Assembly (NCBI GenBank): GCA_043228905.1
Contig: JBHGNT010000015.1
Span: forward strand, 8,742,001 to 8,806,000
From: Azolla caroliniana
Lineage: Eukaryota > Plantae > Polypodiophyta
Direction of reading: 5' to 3'
Length of the DNA stretch: 64,000 nucleotides
Both the position numbers and the translations under genes were made by a program. The notes under the pieces were generated by a model. The model saw only the letters and a program-made list of their open reading frames with translations. It had not been told where the DNA came from and made no database searches. This document shows, in pieces, positions 38,161 through 50,063 of this stretch. How positions within the stretch are numbered: position 1 is the first letter of the stretch; each line of letters starts with the position of its first letter.

Positions 38161-41100
38161 TTCAATGGTAAATGGATTTTCGGGATCAATATGTGCTAAT
38201 ATAGGAGCTCATGTGAATGCCTCTTTGACTTGAGTAAAGGATGTGTCCGCTTCAATAGTCCAAACAAATGCTTGATTCTTCTTGGTGAGTTGGGTGAGAG
38301 GCAACACAATCTTTGAATAATTCCATATGAATTAGCATGAATTAGCGATAGAAGTTAGTAAATCCGAGAAAACATTGGATGTCTCGAACAGAACATGGGG
38401 GTTGCCATTCCAATATTGTTTGGACTTTTGTTGGATCCATGAAGATACCCTTAGATGAAATAGTATAACCCAAGAATTCGACTTGTTTGCTGTCAAAACT
38501 GCACTTCTATAGTTTGGCATACAGACCATAGTTTCTTAAGCGTTCAAGTACTTCCCGAACATGTATATCATGCTCCTCCTATATTTTAGAGTAAATCAAT
38601 AGATCATCTAAATAGATTATGAGAAAGATCATCTAAATGTCATTTTCCATAAGTAGGAAAATTGCGGGTGCATTCGTGAGCCCAAAAGCCATGACTGTAT
38701 ACTCGAAATGACCATACCGACTGCGAAATGTCGTTTTCCACTCATCTCCCGGTCGAATGCGAACAAGATTATATGCACCCCTTAAATCAATTTTTGTAAA
38801 ATGCTTTGCCCCACCAATGTGCTCTAAAAGACTGGAGATTAAAGGAAGAGCATAACTATTTCTTACGGTGACTTAATTTAATCCTCGATAGTCCACGACC
38901 AAACAAAGTGAACCGTCCTTTTTCTTCACAAAAAATATAGGAGCACCTGCTGGAGACTTTGAATGTCGAATAAACCCATATGCAGGATTCTCCTCAATGT
39001 ATTCTCGAAGAACCTCAAGCTCAATTGGTGTTAAATTGTAGATCGAACCCAGAGTGGCTTTTTTCTTGGTTGGAGGTCGATGGGACAATTGTACGGTCGA
39101 TGCTTTGGAAGTACAATAGCTTTGACTTTGTTTAAAACATTAGCATATTCTTGATATTTTTCGGGAATTTGGATGTCTTAATTGCCGTGAGTGGCACTAG
39201 AAGGTGTCACTAATATTGCAAATAAGAAAAGTTCCTCCTTTCCTCCCACTTGGGAAAATTGTTGTAATGTGATGGTTGAGATTTGGTGAAAAGGAGATGG
39301 TGCACTCGTAGAACTATATTCTTTAAGGGAATAGTCCTGGGTTTGATCCTTATTAATGATTTTTTTTGCAGAAGGGCATCAAATTTCTCGCCGCCTCCAA
39401 TCGATTCTTGGGTTATGTAGCTCAAATCATGGCAAACCAAGGACAATTGGATGCTCGGGGCTATGGATTATGTTAAAGGAGACTACACATCGAAAATCAC
39501 CTACGAGTAGTAAAAAGAATAGCATGCAGAAGCAATAGAAAACCGAACATAGAAACACAAGTTTAATACAGAGCTTGAATATACACAATACACGGGAGAG
39601 AGACACAAAGAGAGAGTACACACAACCTCAATTCAAAAATAATACTCAATCTATACATAGAATGTGCTCAGTGAGCACTTTTATACAAGACCATACAGAT
39701 TGACAGAAGTACAGAGACGTACTTTAATTCTCATAAATGAGTTCTACACTAACTCCCAAAATATATTCCTTCGCGGAATATCGTTCCAACGGCCTCCTGG
39801 TTTACGCACCGCTATGACTTCTCGTTGCGTACCGGTTTGTGCACCCGGTTTATGCACCGGTCCAGCCTAACCGATCAATCCCAACCGATCCGGTTCTCAG
39901 GTTGCACAGCTAATCCGGTGAATGTTGAGCTTGTATCTCAACACTCCCCCTCAAGCTCAACTTGAGGTTCCATCCGCTCTTCCAGATTTATGCTCCGGTT
40001 CTTTCTGGATTCACACCTTGCTCGCGCTCCTTGACCTGTTTGATTCCGCGCACCTCAACCCTTCTAGTCGGCTTACGTGCTCATGCAGCCCTCCTCTGCT
40101 CCGTTGTTGTCGCAGTGCTGGTGCTTCTTCTGCTGCCTTCTCTTCCGCTTGGCCCTCAGTTGATTCGGCGTATCCGAATCAAGCATATGAACCGACTCGG
40201 CTTCCTCCGATCGGTTTTCGCTTTCGTCCGAGTTGGCTGTCTCCAACTCGTCTTCGTTCTTCTCTCCCTTGATGGCTTCGGCTCTTTCTTTCGATTGCTC
40301 CCCTTATATCCGCTTTCGGAATCTTCCGCAGATCCACGCTTGGCTTCTTCAGACGATCCGAAATCGAATTCGTCATCTGACTCGGCATCGTGGTCTTCCG
40401 GAACTTCTGTCCCCCTTCTGTCTTTATTCGGAATGTCTCTCCCCCTCAAGTTCGGCACGCCGAGGTGACGCAACCCAAGCGCACTCAAGAATTGCCGCAA
40501 CTTGTCCAAACCAAGAGGCTTGGTGAAGATGTCGGCGGTTTGCCGATCCGTCGGAACATACTGAAGTTCGACTTCACCAGAGAGGATACGCTCACGGACG
40601 AAATGGTAGTGCAACTCAATGTGCTTAGTCTGGGCATGGAAGATGGGGTTCTTTCCTAGCTCGATGTTGTTGAGGTTGTTGCAGTAGATTGTCGTTGGAT
40701 CGGATACCTCCACCTGCAGATCCTTAAGTAGCCGCTTCAACCATATGTCTTCGCATGTCGCGACAACCGCTCCTCTATACTCAGCTTCGGTGCTCAACAA
40801 CACAACTGTCGGCTGCTTCTTGCTACTCCACACGATCACGACACTCCCAAGAGAGAACGCGAAACCGGGCGTGGATCAGCGATCAACGACGTTGTCGGCC
40901 CAGTCGGCATCAGTGTAGCTGACCAACTGCGGTGTTGTATCAGTCCGAGATAGTAGCCCCTGGTCCTTAGTGTCGCTTATGTACCTCAGTACGTGTTGCA
41001 CACACTAAAGATGCTCCTCGGTAGGTCGCGCCATAAACTGAGTAATCACCCCAACCGGGTAGCTGAGATCTGGTCGGGTGATGGTCAAGTATATAAGGCT

Positions 41101-42617
41101 TTCGACTATCTGTCAGAACCTCGTCGGGTCACATACCTTTCCGGAATCGGGGTGAAGCTTGACAATTCTATCCAAAGGAGTCGAAACGGACTTACAATCG
41201 ACCATCCTGAATTTGAAGAGCATACTCAGCACATAATGTCGTTGGCTGATCAGTATGCCTTCGGGAGTGCGGATCACTTCGATCTCGAGGAAGTAATGAA
41301 GGTCCCCCAGATCCTTCATGTTGAATGATGCTGCAAGCTAGAAGTTCACGCAGTCAATCTCACCTAGGTTGGCGTTGGTGATGACCAAGTCATCAACATA
41401 AAGTAAAATTCAAACTGGCTCAAGTCGACCTTTCCGGATGAACAGTGAGGAGTCTGATTTTGACGTCGCAAAGCTCATCCGACACAATCGTTCCATGATA
41501 TTCACGTTCCAGGCATGCGGGGCTTGCTTTAGTCCGTAAAGGGAGTTCTTAAACCGGCACACCGCCGAGGTGTTCGTTCCGGAGTGAAATCCGGGGGGTT
41601 GTACCATGTAGACCTGTTCCTCAAGCTCACCTTGCAAGAACACATTCTTTACATCCATCTGATGTAAGTGCCCCCCCTTCGCCACAGCTACTGCCAGCAG
41701 AACACGCACGGTAGTCATCTTCGCGACAAGTGCGAAGGTCTCGTCGTAGTCCACGTTGTGCTTCTACGTGTAGCCTTTTGCTACTAATCGGGCCTTGTAG
41801 TGTTGTACTTGACCTTGTGTTAATCCTAGGGCCGGACAACAGCCTAGCGCAGGGTGTCCACTTAAGACACTTCACCAAAGGGTGTTATGGCAAGATGACT
41901 TACAACGCAATGCTTAATTAGACCTTAATCGATTACTTCGCAATACATCAGTAACACGCGTAAGATATACAATAAGCACAGAACGGTAATCAATACTGAA
42001 GGATTAAGGCAATAAGTTCTATTAATTATCCGCTGTCGATTACATTGTAACCGGGCCTTTATATAGGTCTCTGGTGCAAAGTACAAAACGGTGCCAACCG
42101 GCACCTTTTCGGGATCGGTCCGGATCCGGATCGGCATACCGATTCTGTTCCGTCCGTGAAAATCTTCTCATATATTAATATATATTAAGACTAATAATTA
42201 CAACAGTTCCCGAATAAACTACTCCTTTCACACTCTGGTTTGGACCTCCTTAAGCCTTCTTGCTAGCCGGGTAACACATGACACGCCCGTGGGACAATAC
42301 CTTGTACGTCGAACCCATTATCCGGCCCTTTTACGCTTCGTCCAAAATGTCCAGAATGCTTTGCTCCAGAATTTCCAATGGCTCGTCGGGAATCTGTTGT
42401 TGCTGTTGTTGCTGTTGTTTCGTTTGTGGCTGTGGCTGCTCCGTTTGTGCCTTCTCTGTTTGGGGTTGCGGCTCCGTTTGTCGCTCTGGCACCGACATTT
42501 CCTTCGTTGGTTCCTCCGTCGGAGTTGTCTCTAGCTGATTGACCCCGACTTGGTCCCCGTCTGGTCCTTGTACCGACGACGGTTCCTCCTCACTAAGGTT
42601 GACCGTTGCCGCCTTCC

Positions 42618-43451
42618 TCACTTTTTGGTCTGGACGGGCTCAACCGGTGGCGCCAATAGGGTGAGCCATTGCGTCACTGCATGCCATATTTTCCATACCT
42701 CCTTGCCGTCCTTTCCTCTTACGATATCAATAGTCGTACACAACCCGTCGGCGATCAGCACTGGCCAATCCACCTTGGCCCCTTCGTACGTCGCGATAAT
42801 CAAGCCTGCTCGGTTCTGAGGCATAACGGGGGGTCGAGGGTATACGTGGCCGAACTCATGGAGTACACGGGCAATTTCGCAGAATAACATGTCTTCGCCG
42901 CCCTGTGTCCTGCAGCCTTTGCTGGCGAAAGAATACTCACCGAAATATTTGATGAGCTGCTCGGAGGTAGGATTGTCGATCATGTAGATGCCCCCCTCTG
43001 GAAGGCCTGTTAACGCACGGATCGCCTCCTCTGTGATCACCTCTATGTCGATTTCTTTGATAATCTTCTCGACCTCCTTGTGTGGCGCCGCCTCCATGAT
43101 CGTCAAGAAACCCTCCAGCCCGTGTTGCCGCAGCCATTTCTTGGCGGCTTCAGACAGTGTTTGGCAGTCCATCTCTGTGTCGAGGTCAGAGAGCGTTGGC
43201 GAGGTTTGATGGTGGGGAGAGTGTGAGAGAGAAAGTTCTGAGTGAGGGGGTTCTCTGTGAGCGAGCTCTCTTCGATTGATCTTCACGCGTCTGTCTGCGT
43301 CTGTTCTCCTTGGTTCGCGAAAGAAGAAGGTCTCGATGCGTGGGGGTTTTTCTCTCTGCATCTTGGCGCCTTTTTCGAGCCTACTTGTGTGCAGGTCGTG
43401 TACTATAATAGCATTTCGTGCCCTGTGGCGGTGGTTTAATGTCCTATTCAT
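42618..43451 (-). CDS. Extra (third) ORF, N-terminal domain, gypsy D; function unknown
   Basis: Open 277-aa frame homologous to 56852-57592, located between the integrase end and the 3' LTR. Confidence 0.6.
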   Translation of the reverse strand: MNRTLNHRHRARNAIIVHDLHTSRLEKGAKMQREKPPRIETFFFREPRRTDADRRVKINRRELAHREPPHSELSLSHSPHHQTSPTLSDLDTEMDCQTLSEAAKKWLRQHGLEGFLTIMEAAPHKEVEKIIKEIDIEVITEEAIRALTGLPEGGIYMIDNPTSEQLIKYFGEYSFASKGCRTQGGEDMLFCEIARVLHEFGHVYPRPPVMPQNRAGLIIATYEGAKVDWPVLIADGLCTTIDIVRGKDGKEVWKIWHAVTQWLTLLAPPVEPVQTKK

Positions 43452-44090
43452 AGCCTCGTCGTACCTTTTCGACGTGCCTCTTTATTCCTCATTTGCATGG
43501 CCGTTTCCACCACTCCTTTCCATGATTCGCTTGTTTTGTTTTTTTTTTTTTTGTAATAATTAATTGTGTGCTTAATTTTTCTCCGGTCATGTCGGACCCT
43601 TACCCAAAACGCGCACCTTGCCAGCCTCTTGACAGTTTTCCCTCGTTTTGCTTTCCCCGGTTGCCCAGCTCGTGGTCCTCCTTACCGGCTTGGTGGTAGT
43701 TGTTTTCCTCACGGGTTGCCGTCGTGGTTGGCCTGCCGGCATCTGATTCGGTGGCGGCCCTTTGTTCAACTGGGTTCTTGGGCATAGGTCCTTTGTATGG
43801 CTTTAGTCTAAATCCGTTGACCCATTTACCTAGCACCTCGCCGGAAAGTGTCCCTAACTAGTAAGACCCATTGAACCCGCGTGTGATCCATTACGGTCCG
43901 GTCCATCTAAACCGTAGTTTGCTTGGCATTTTACCCATCCGGGTCTGGAACACTAGTACCGGCTTGCCGATTTCGAACATCTTTTCGTTTCCCTTCCGAT
44001 GCCAATCTACAAACGCTTTTCGTCGCCGTTGTTCCAATTCCAGGTGCATGATGCTCATCAGTCGGTGTTCTTCTAGTTCACATAGAGCCT

Positions 44091-45586
44091 TTAACCAAAT
44101 TGCCTCTGATTCCTTTTCATTGAGTCGTTCCCGAATCTGAATCCATAAGCTCGGTACCTGTCATATCTCTTGTACCGGTCATAGTTGTCTCGCTGATCGT
44201 CGTACCGGACATCTTGTGTCGGTCGATATCGCTCCTCTCGCCGCCAACGTTCATCTTCTTCGTCTCGGTTGCTATGTGGCTCAATTTGCCAGACTGGTGG
44301 TGCTTGCCGATTCAATAAGTTATATTCGCACCGGTCCATCGTGTGGCTCGTAGAATGACAGAGTAAGCAGTGCGTCCGCATGGTGCACTCCAGTGACGAG
44401 TGTCCGGAATTCAAGTAGGTCGTGCATTGGATTGCTTGCTGGAAACGGAGATCCTCATCGGTTGGTAACGCTCGTTGGAGGGCTCCCATTGTTAGCCAAG
44501 AGCTCGTTTTTTCCATTTCTCTAATCCGGTCGATGACCTGGTCGACGGTGCTTGTGCGAAAGTCGATGACCATGCATACCATTCGTAGAGGTTCCCGGAG
44601 CGCGGCTAAAAATATAGCCTGTGTTTCTTCCTCCGGAGGTGCGCGGGTAAGCCGACTGTGCATCCGTTGAAACCGGATGACAAACTGCGGAATGCTCTCC
44701 CCGGGGTCCTACTGGATGGTATAAAATAGGCCCACCATTTCTCTCTGGTCCACCTCCATCTAAAAGAAGTGCAAGAATTTATCTTTTAGGTCCGCAAAGG
44801 TGGTGATGGTGCTGGGGTCCTACATCCGGTGCCATCTGACGGCCGGTCCTTCCAGTGTCACGCCGAATTCGGCTATCTTAGATCGTTCCTCTTCGGCTGC
44901 GGTTAACCGTTGTGACACATGGTTCGCCTCCCACGTTTGTTGAAACACATGAACATGAGCCTCCGTGTCCGGGTCATCCCTATACTTGGAGTACTGGAAC
45001 GGCATATCGTCGTCCGGTGTCGATACGCGGGCTGGCGGTGTCGGTGGTCTTTCCTGTTGTTCCGTCGGCATTGGAGGTCTTTGTCGGTCTTCCCTTGGTG
45101 TTTCTGGCTCGACTTCCATTGTCGGAGGTCTTTCTTTGTCTTCTTCCGTCTCCGGAGGTTGCTCCACTTCTAGTGCCGGAGGTTCCTGGTCTGCCAACTC
45201 TGGTTCCGGTGTCGGTATTGTATCCCACTCCTCGTCCTCCGGTCCTCCTGGGGTGTCGTTACTGTTGCGATAGTTCATGTGCGCACTGTAACCCCCTTCC
45301 AAATCCGATTCCAGCGCTAAAAATGCTTCGGATTCACCGTCTCTTCCCGCCAAGGCTTGGAGAAGGGATTCTGCTTCTCGGAGGCTACTTAAGCTGCTTC
45401 CTTCGTCCAGGTAGGCGTCTTGTTGCAGACGGAGCGACACCTCCGCCACTTTCCGAATCACTTTGGAAAATGATCGATCCGATCGGATTTCTTCCGCTAC
45501 TTGCTGGAAAGCCTCTCGCCGCCTTCACCGTTCAGCAAGTCTTCGTGCTCTCTCCGTAACCGGGTCGTTTGTTGGCCTAGTCATCC
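44091..45586 (-). pseudogene. gag: gag of gypsy D
   Basis: Retrotrans-gag-like region (LEGPAVRW) and two CCHC-like knuckles; stops present. Confidence 0.8.
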
Positions 45587-48500
45587 ATTCCCGCCGTTGT
45601 TCATTGCGATTGTGCAGGAATCGTGGTCGCCAAAAACTGTGTTAATCCTAGGGCTGGACAACAGCCTAACACAGGGTGTCCACTTAAGACACTTCACCAA
45701 AGGGTGTTATGGCAAGATGACTTACGACGCAACGCTTAATTAGACCTTAATCGATTACTTAGCAATACATCAGTAACACGTGTAAGATATACAATAAGCA
45801 CAGAACGGTAATCAAGACTGAAGGATTAAGGCAATAAGTTCTATTAATTATCCGCTGTCGATTACATTGTAACCGGGCCTTTATATAGGTCTCCGGTGCA
45901 AAGTACAAAACGGTGCCAACCGGCACCTTTTCGGGATCGGTCCGGATCCGGATCGGCATACCAATTCTGGTCCGTCCGTCCACATCTTCTCATATATTAA
46001 TATATATTAAGACTAATAATTACAACAGTTCCCGAATAAACTATTCCTTTCACACTCTGGTCCGGACCTCCTTAAGCCTTCTTGCCAACCAGGTAACACC
46101 TTGTACACCCACCTACATCCGATCGGCTTCACACCTTTCGGTGCGTCAACCAAGTCGCAAGTTTCATTTTCCGCCAATGCGCGCATCTCTTCCTCCATTG
46201 CGGCATGCCAATTCGCGTCTTTCGCCGCTTCTGCGTAGCTCTCCGCCTCACGCACTTCCGCTACACCGGTCATGTATGCATAGTGATGTGCCATGTACTC
46301 ATTGTATCCGAACCGCACAACAAGGTTCTTCTAGCGGGTAGATCGGTGTAATTGCTCATTAGCCGATGTTGAGGCTTTCTTGGCCGATGCGGACTTCGCT
46401 CTCGAAGACCGGTCATCACTTCCCTCGGAGTCAGACTAGTGTTGATCCGACTCGTTCCTCTACGTGCCGTAATCCGACACCTTCTTCTTCCCTTTTTCCT
46501 TGCGCGTAAGCCGTCTCCTCTGCTTCCTGCGCGGGGATGCACAACCGAGTCTCCATTACTCGCCGGCTCTTCTTCGGACTGGACAAACCGACTCAGTCGT
46601 CCATTCGGTCCACTTAACTGAAACGAGATCGGACTCTCTTTGAGGGTCTCGATTTCACCCTCATTCGGAGGCACTTCAGCCTCACTGATCTCATCATCAG
46701 AGCTCGAATTGGAGTTGAGGTCCGGAGTCAGAGGCAAGTACTAGGACACAGACTCGTCAAACACAACATCATGGCTCACGCGAGCTTGTTTGGTTCAGGG
46801 GTTACCCTTTTGTTCGTCCGAATAACCGACTAAGATACACTTCTCAGCTTTCGCGTCCAACTTCCTTCATTTCTCCTTCAGCACATGCACATATGCAATG
46901 CTACCAAAAACTCTCAAGTGTCGTAAATTCGGCTTTCTTCCGAAGTACAACTCATGCGTCGACATTTTGTCTCCGACCCGATTCTGGATGTAGACCGCGG
47001 TTCGTACCGCCTCGGCCCAATAGAACTTGGGGAAGCTCTTTTCTTCCACCATTGCCCACGCCGCTTCCACAATCGACCAATTTTTCCTTTTGGTCATGCC
47101 GTTTTGCTCCAGCGTATATCTGCAACTGAATTCGCGATGAATTCCCATCTGTTGCAGATACCCGTTGAATTGACCGGAATAGTACTCTTTTCCGCCATCC
47201 GACCGCAGACACATGATCTTTCTTCCTGTTTCCCTTTCGTTGAAACTCTTGAGGTCCCGGAAATAGTTGAAGACTTCACTCTTCTTCTCAATGAGGTAGA
47301 TCCACATGTGCCGCGTATACTCGTCAATGAAGGAGACAAAATACCAACTCCTGCGAAGACTAACGTTCTGTGTCGGTCCCCATACATTGGAATGTATCAA
47401 GTCGAGCTTGTTCTGGCTTTAGTTACACTCGTTAGAGAAAGGAAGTCGGTGTTGCTTCCCTAGCTGGCAAGCTTCACAAATTTCTGCCTTCTAACCACTA
47501 AACTTGGGCAATCCGAACATCACCTGTTTCGATTGCAGATCCTGAAGCTGTTGATAGTTGACATGGCCTATATGCTTGTGCCATAAGTCGATATCCGACT
47601 CGACTTTTTGTCCTTTCGCGAACATTGCGGTGCCACCGTCACTAGAGTCGAGGATAAACATCATCCCGTCTCTACGCCCTTCCACAATAACTCGGCCTTC
47701 TTCCTCGATGAAGCACCCGAGATGCGTGAACCGGACTTGCATCCCCTGGTCGACGATCTACCCGACCGACACCAAATTATTCGTGATTGTCGGGACGTGT
47801 AGCACGTTCATGAGTTTCCCTTTTTGCCCGACATGGCTCAGGGGAACTTCAACGACATTCGCGATCGGATGCGGAGTGTCATCTGTGGTTGTGACTACTC
47901 CCGGTTGCATCGATTTCTCAAGGTATGAGAACCACTCCTTATGGCATGTCACGTGGTTTGATGCACCGGACTTGACGTATCACACCTCGTCTGATTTCGG
48001 GGTGTACTTATTCATCGAGTTCACTTTGTGTCTTGTCACGAAGGCTGACCCTTTTCCAGTTTTTCCAGATCCTTCAGCGTAGTGCGATCCGGTCCTCTCC
48101 GAATCGGCGCGCTTCTTCCAGCACTTGCTCTCCTTGTGGCCTTTCCTGCCATAGTACCAGCATTAGGCGGCGGATTTCCTTTGTTGGTTCTTGTCGCCTC
48201 GACTCCCCCTATTTCTGGAGGGTCCGGAATTGCTGTCGGCATCACATCGGTGCCTTCTTCCTTAATCCCGTCGGCCGCCTCCATTGCGCACCGACTCGCC
48301 TCGTCCGCCACAACCACAGGGCCTATCTCCCTCCGTATACAACATCTTGTTGTCGGCATGTGTGCTCGTCGACGCACCCACATGGTTCTTCTCTATAAGG
48401 ACCATCGACTATAGCTCGAAACCGACTCGACTTTTTGTCCTTTCGCGAACATTGCGGTGCCACCATCACTAGAGTCGAGGATAAACATCATCCTGTCTCT

Positions 48501-49570
48501 ACGCCCTTGCACAATAACTCAGCCTTCTTCCTCGATGAAGCACCCGAGATGCGTGAACCGGACTTGCATCCCCTGGTCGACGATCTAACCGACCGACACC
48601 AAATTGTTCGTGATTGTCGGGACGTGTAGCACGTTCATGAGTTTCCCTTTCTGCCCGACATGGCTTAGGGGAACTTCAACGACATTCGCGATCGGATGCG
48701 GAGTGTCATCTCCGGTTGTGACTACTCCCGGTTGCATCGATTTCTCAAGGTATGAGAACCACCACGGGGCCTATCTCCCTCCGTATACAACATCTTGTTG
48801 TCGGCATGTGTGCTCATCGACGCACCCACATGGTTCTTCTCTATAAGGACCATCGACTATAGGTTGAAAAACGACGGCATATTCTCCTAGGTAAACACAG
48901 CAATTCGGAACACTCCAAACTTCGACGCTAGTCCCCCGAGACAGATCTGCACCATCTTGCCTTCCTCGACGTTCACATTGATAGAGGCCAAGGAGTCGCA
49001 TATCTCTTTGATTATCGTGGTGTAATCAGCCACCGACAAGTCGCGTTGTTGTACGTTTCTCAGCTCCTCTCGGAGTTGAAGCTTCCTGGTTGTGGTGCTT
49101 GTGGTGAAAATCTTCTTCAGATTCCCCAAGCATCCTTCGGCGATTTCACATCCCAAATATAGCTCAAAAGTTGTTCGCCCACACAAGACGGGAAGCAATA
49201 GAGGATTCTGCTCACTGACTGTTCCCAAGCCGGGAAGTCTTTGTGTGTTGAATCGGGTGCTGTGTCATTTGCTCCGTCGCTATAGCTCCAATAATCGTGC
49301 CCGAGCAGGTACTGGTGCATCTTGTAAGACCAAGACGCGTAGTTCTTTCTGTCGAGCTTCTCTGTTGGAAGCGTACTAGCCATGCCTCTATCCATTTTGT
49401 TTTTCCTATTCCTTGCGAAGGTTAGGTTTTCTTCTTTGAGCTAAGGTCGGTTGTAGAGGTTCTCAACCCTCGCGCTCTAATACCAAGTAAAAAGAATAGC
49501 GTGCGGAAGCGATAGAAAACCGAACATAGAACCGCAGGTTTAATGGAGATCTTGAATATAGATAGTACAC

Positions 49571-49572
<2 letters not shown>

Positions 49573-49619
<47 letters not shown>
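49573..49619. repeat. (GA)n microsatellite in the 5' LTR of copia C
   Basis: Pure GA run; shorter and interrupted in the 3' LTR at about 39594-39616. Confidence 0.95.
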
Positions 49620-49623
<4 letters not shown>

Positions 49624-50063
49624 CACAAACTCAATTCAAAAATAATACTCAATCTATACATAGAATGTGCAAAGTGAGCAGTTTTATACAAGTCTATACG
49701 GACTGGCAGAAGTATTGAGATGTACTTCAATGCTCATAAATGAGCTCTACACTAACTCCCAAAATATATTCCTATGCGGAATATCTTTCCAACGGCCTCG
49801 CGGTTTACGCACCGCTACGGCTTCTCGTTGCGTACCAGTTTGCGCACCCGGTTTACGCACCGGTCCAGCCTAACTGATCGATCCCAACCGATCCGGTTCT
49901 CGGCTTACACAACCGATTTGGCCAATGTTCAGCTTGTATCTCAACAAGTATGTGTATTGGCTCAGACTCTTCGAATATCTTCCCGGAAGCTATGGGACGT
50001 CCATCAATCAGTACTACAGAAACTGGGCAAGGAAGTGTATGCAAGGATATTTGATGTTTTTGG

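Larger units (their letters stand above)
41818..46098 (-). mobile_element. Non-autonomous Ty3/gypsy D, a deletion derivative of the element E family
   Basis: 459-bp LTRs at 41818-42276 and 45640-46098, highly similar. TSD CCTTG. PBS TGGCGACC at about 45625-45632. Gag is fused directly to the integrase tail, followed by the extra ORF. Confidence 0.95.
39511..49946 (-). mobile_element. Ty1/copia C, full-length but decayed, containing nested gypsy D
   Basis: LTRs 49488-49946 and 39511-39943; PBS TGGTATTAGAGC 49474-49485; PPT GAGGGGGAG; TSD AGTAG/AGTAT. Gag 48887-49395, INT 46867-47400, RT 41113-41754 and 46099-46318, RNase H 40156-40930. Confidence 0.92.
35700..50063 (-). mobile_element. Chromovirus-like gypsy copy 2 pol remnant (35700-37297, about 38160-39510, 49947-50063), interrupted by three insertions
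   Basis: Chromodomain (YYLVDWVG..TWEP), integrase 36205-37086, RT 38332-39088. The protease rejoins in frame across copia C as EPIHILVGDFRCVVSFNII. Confidence 0.85.
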
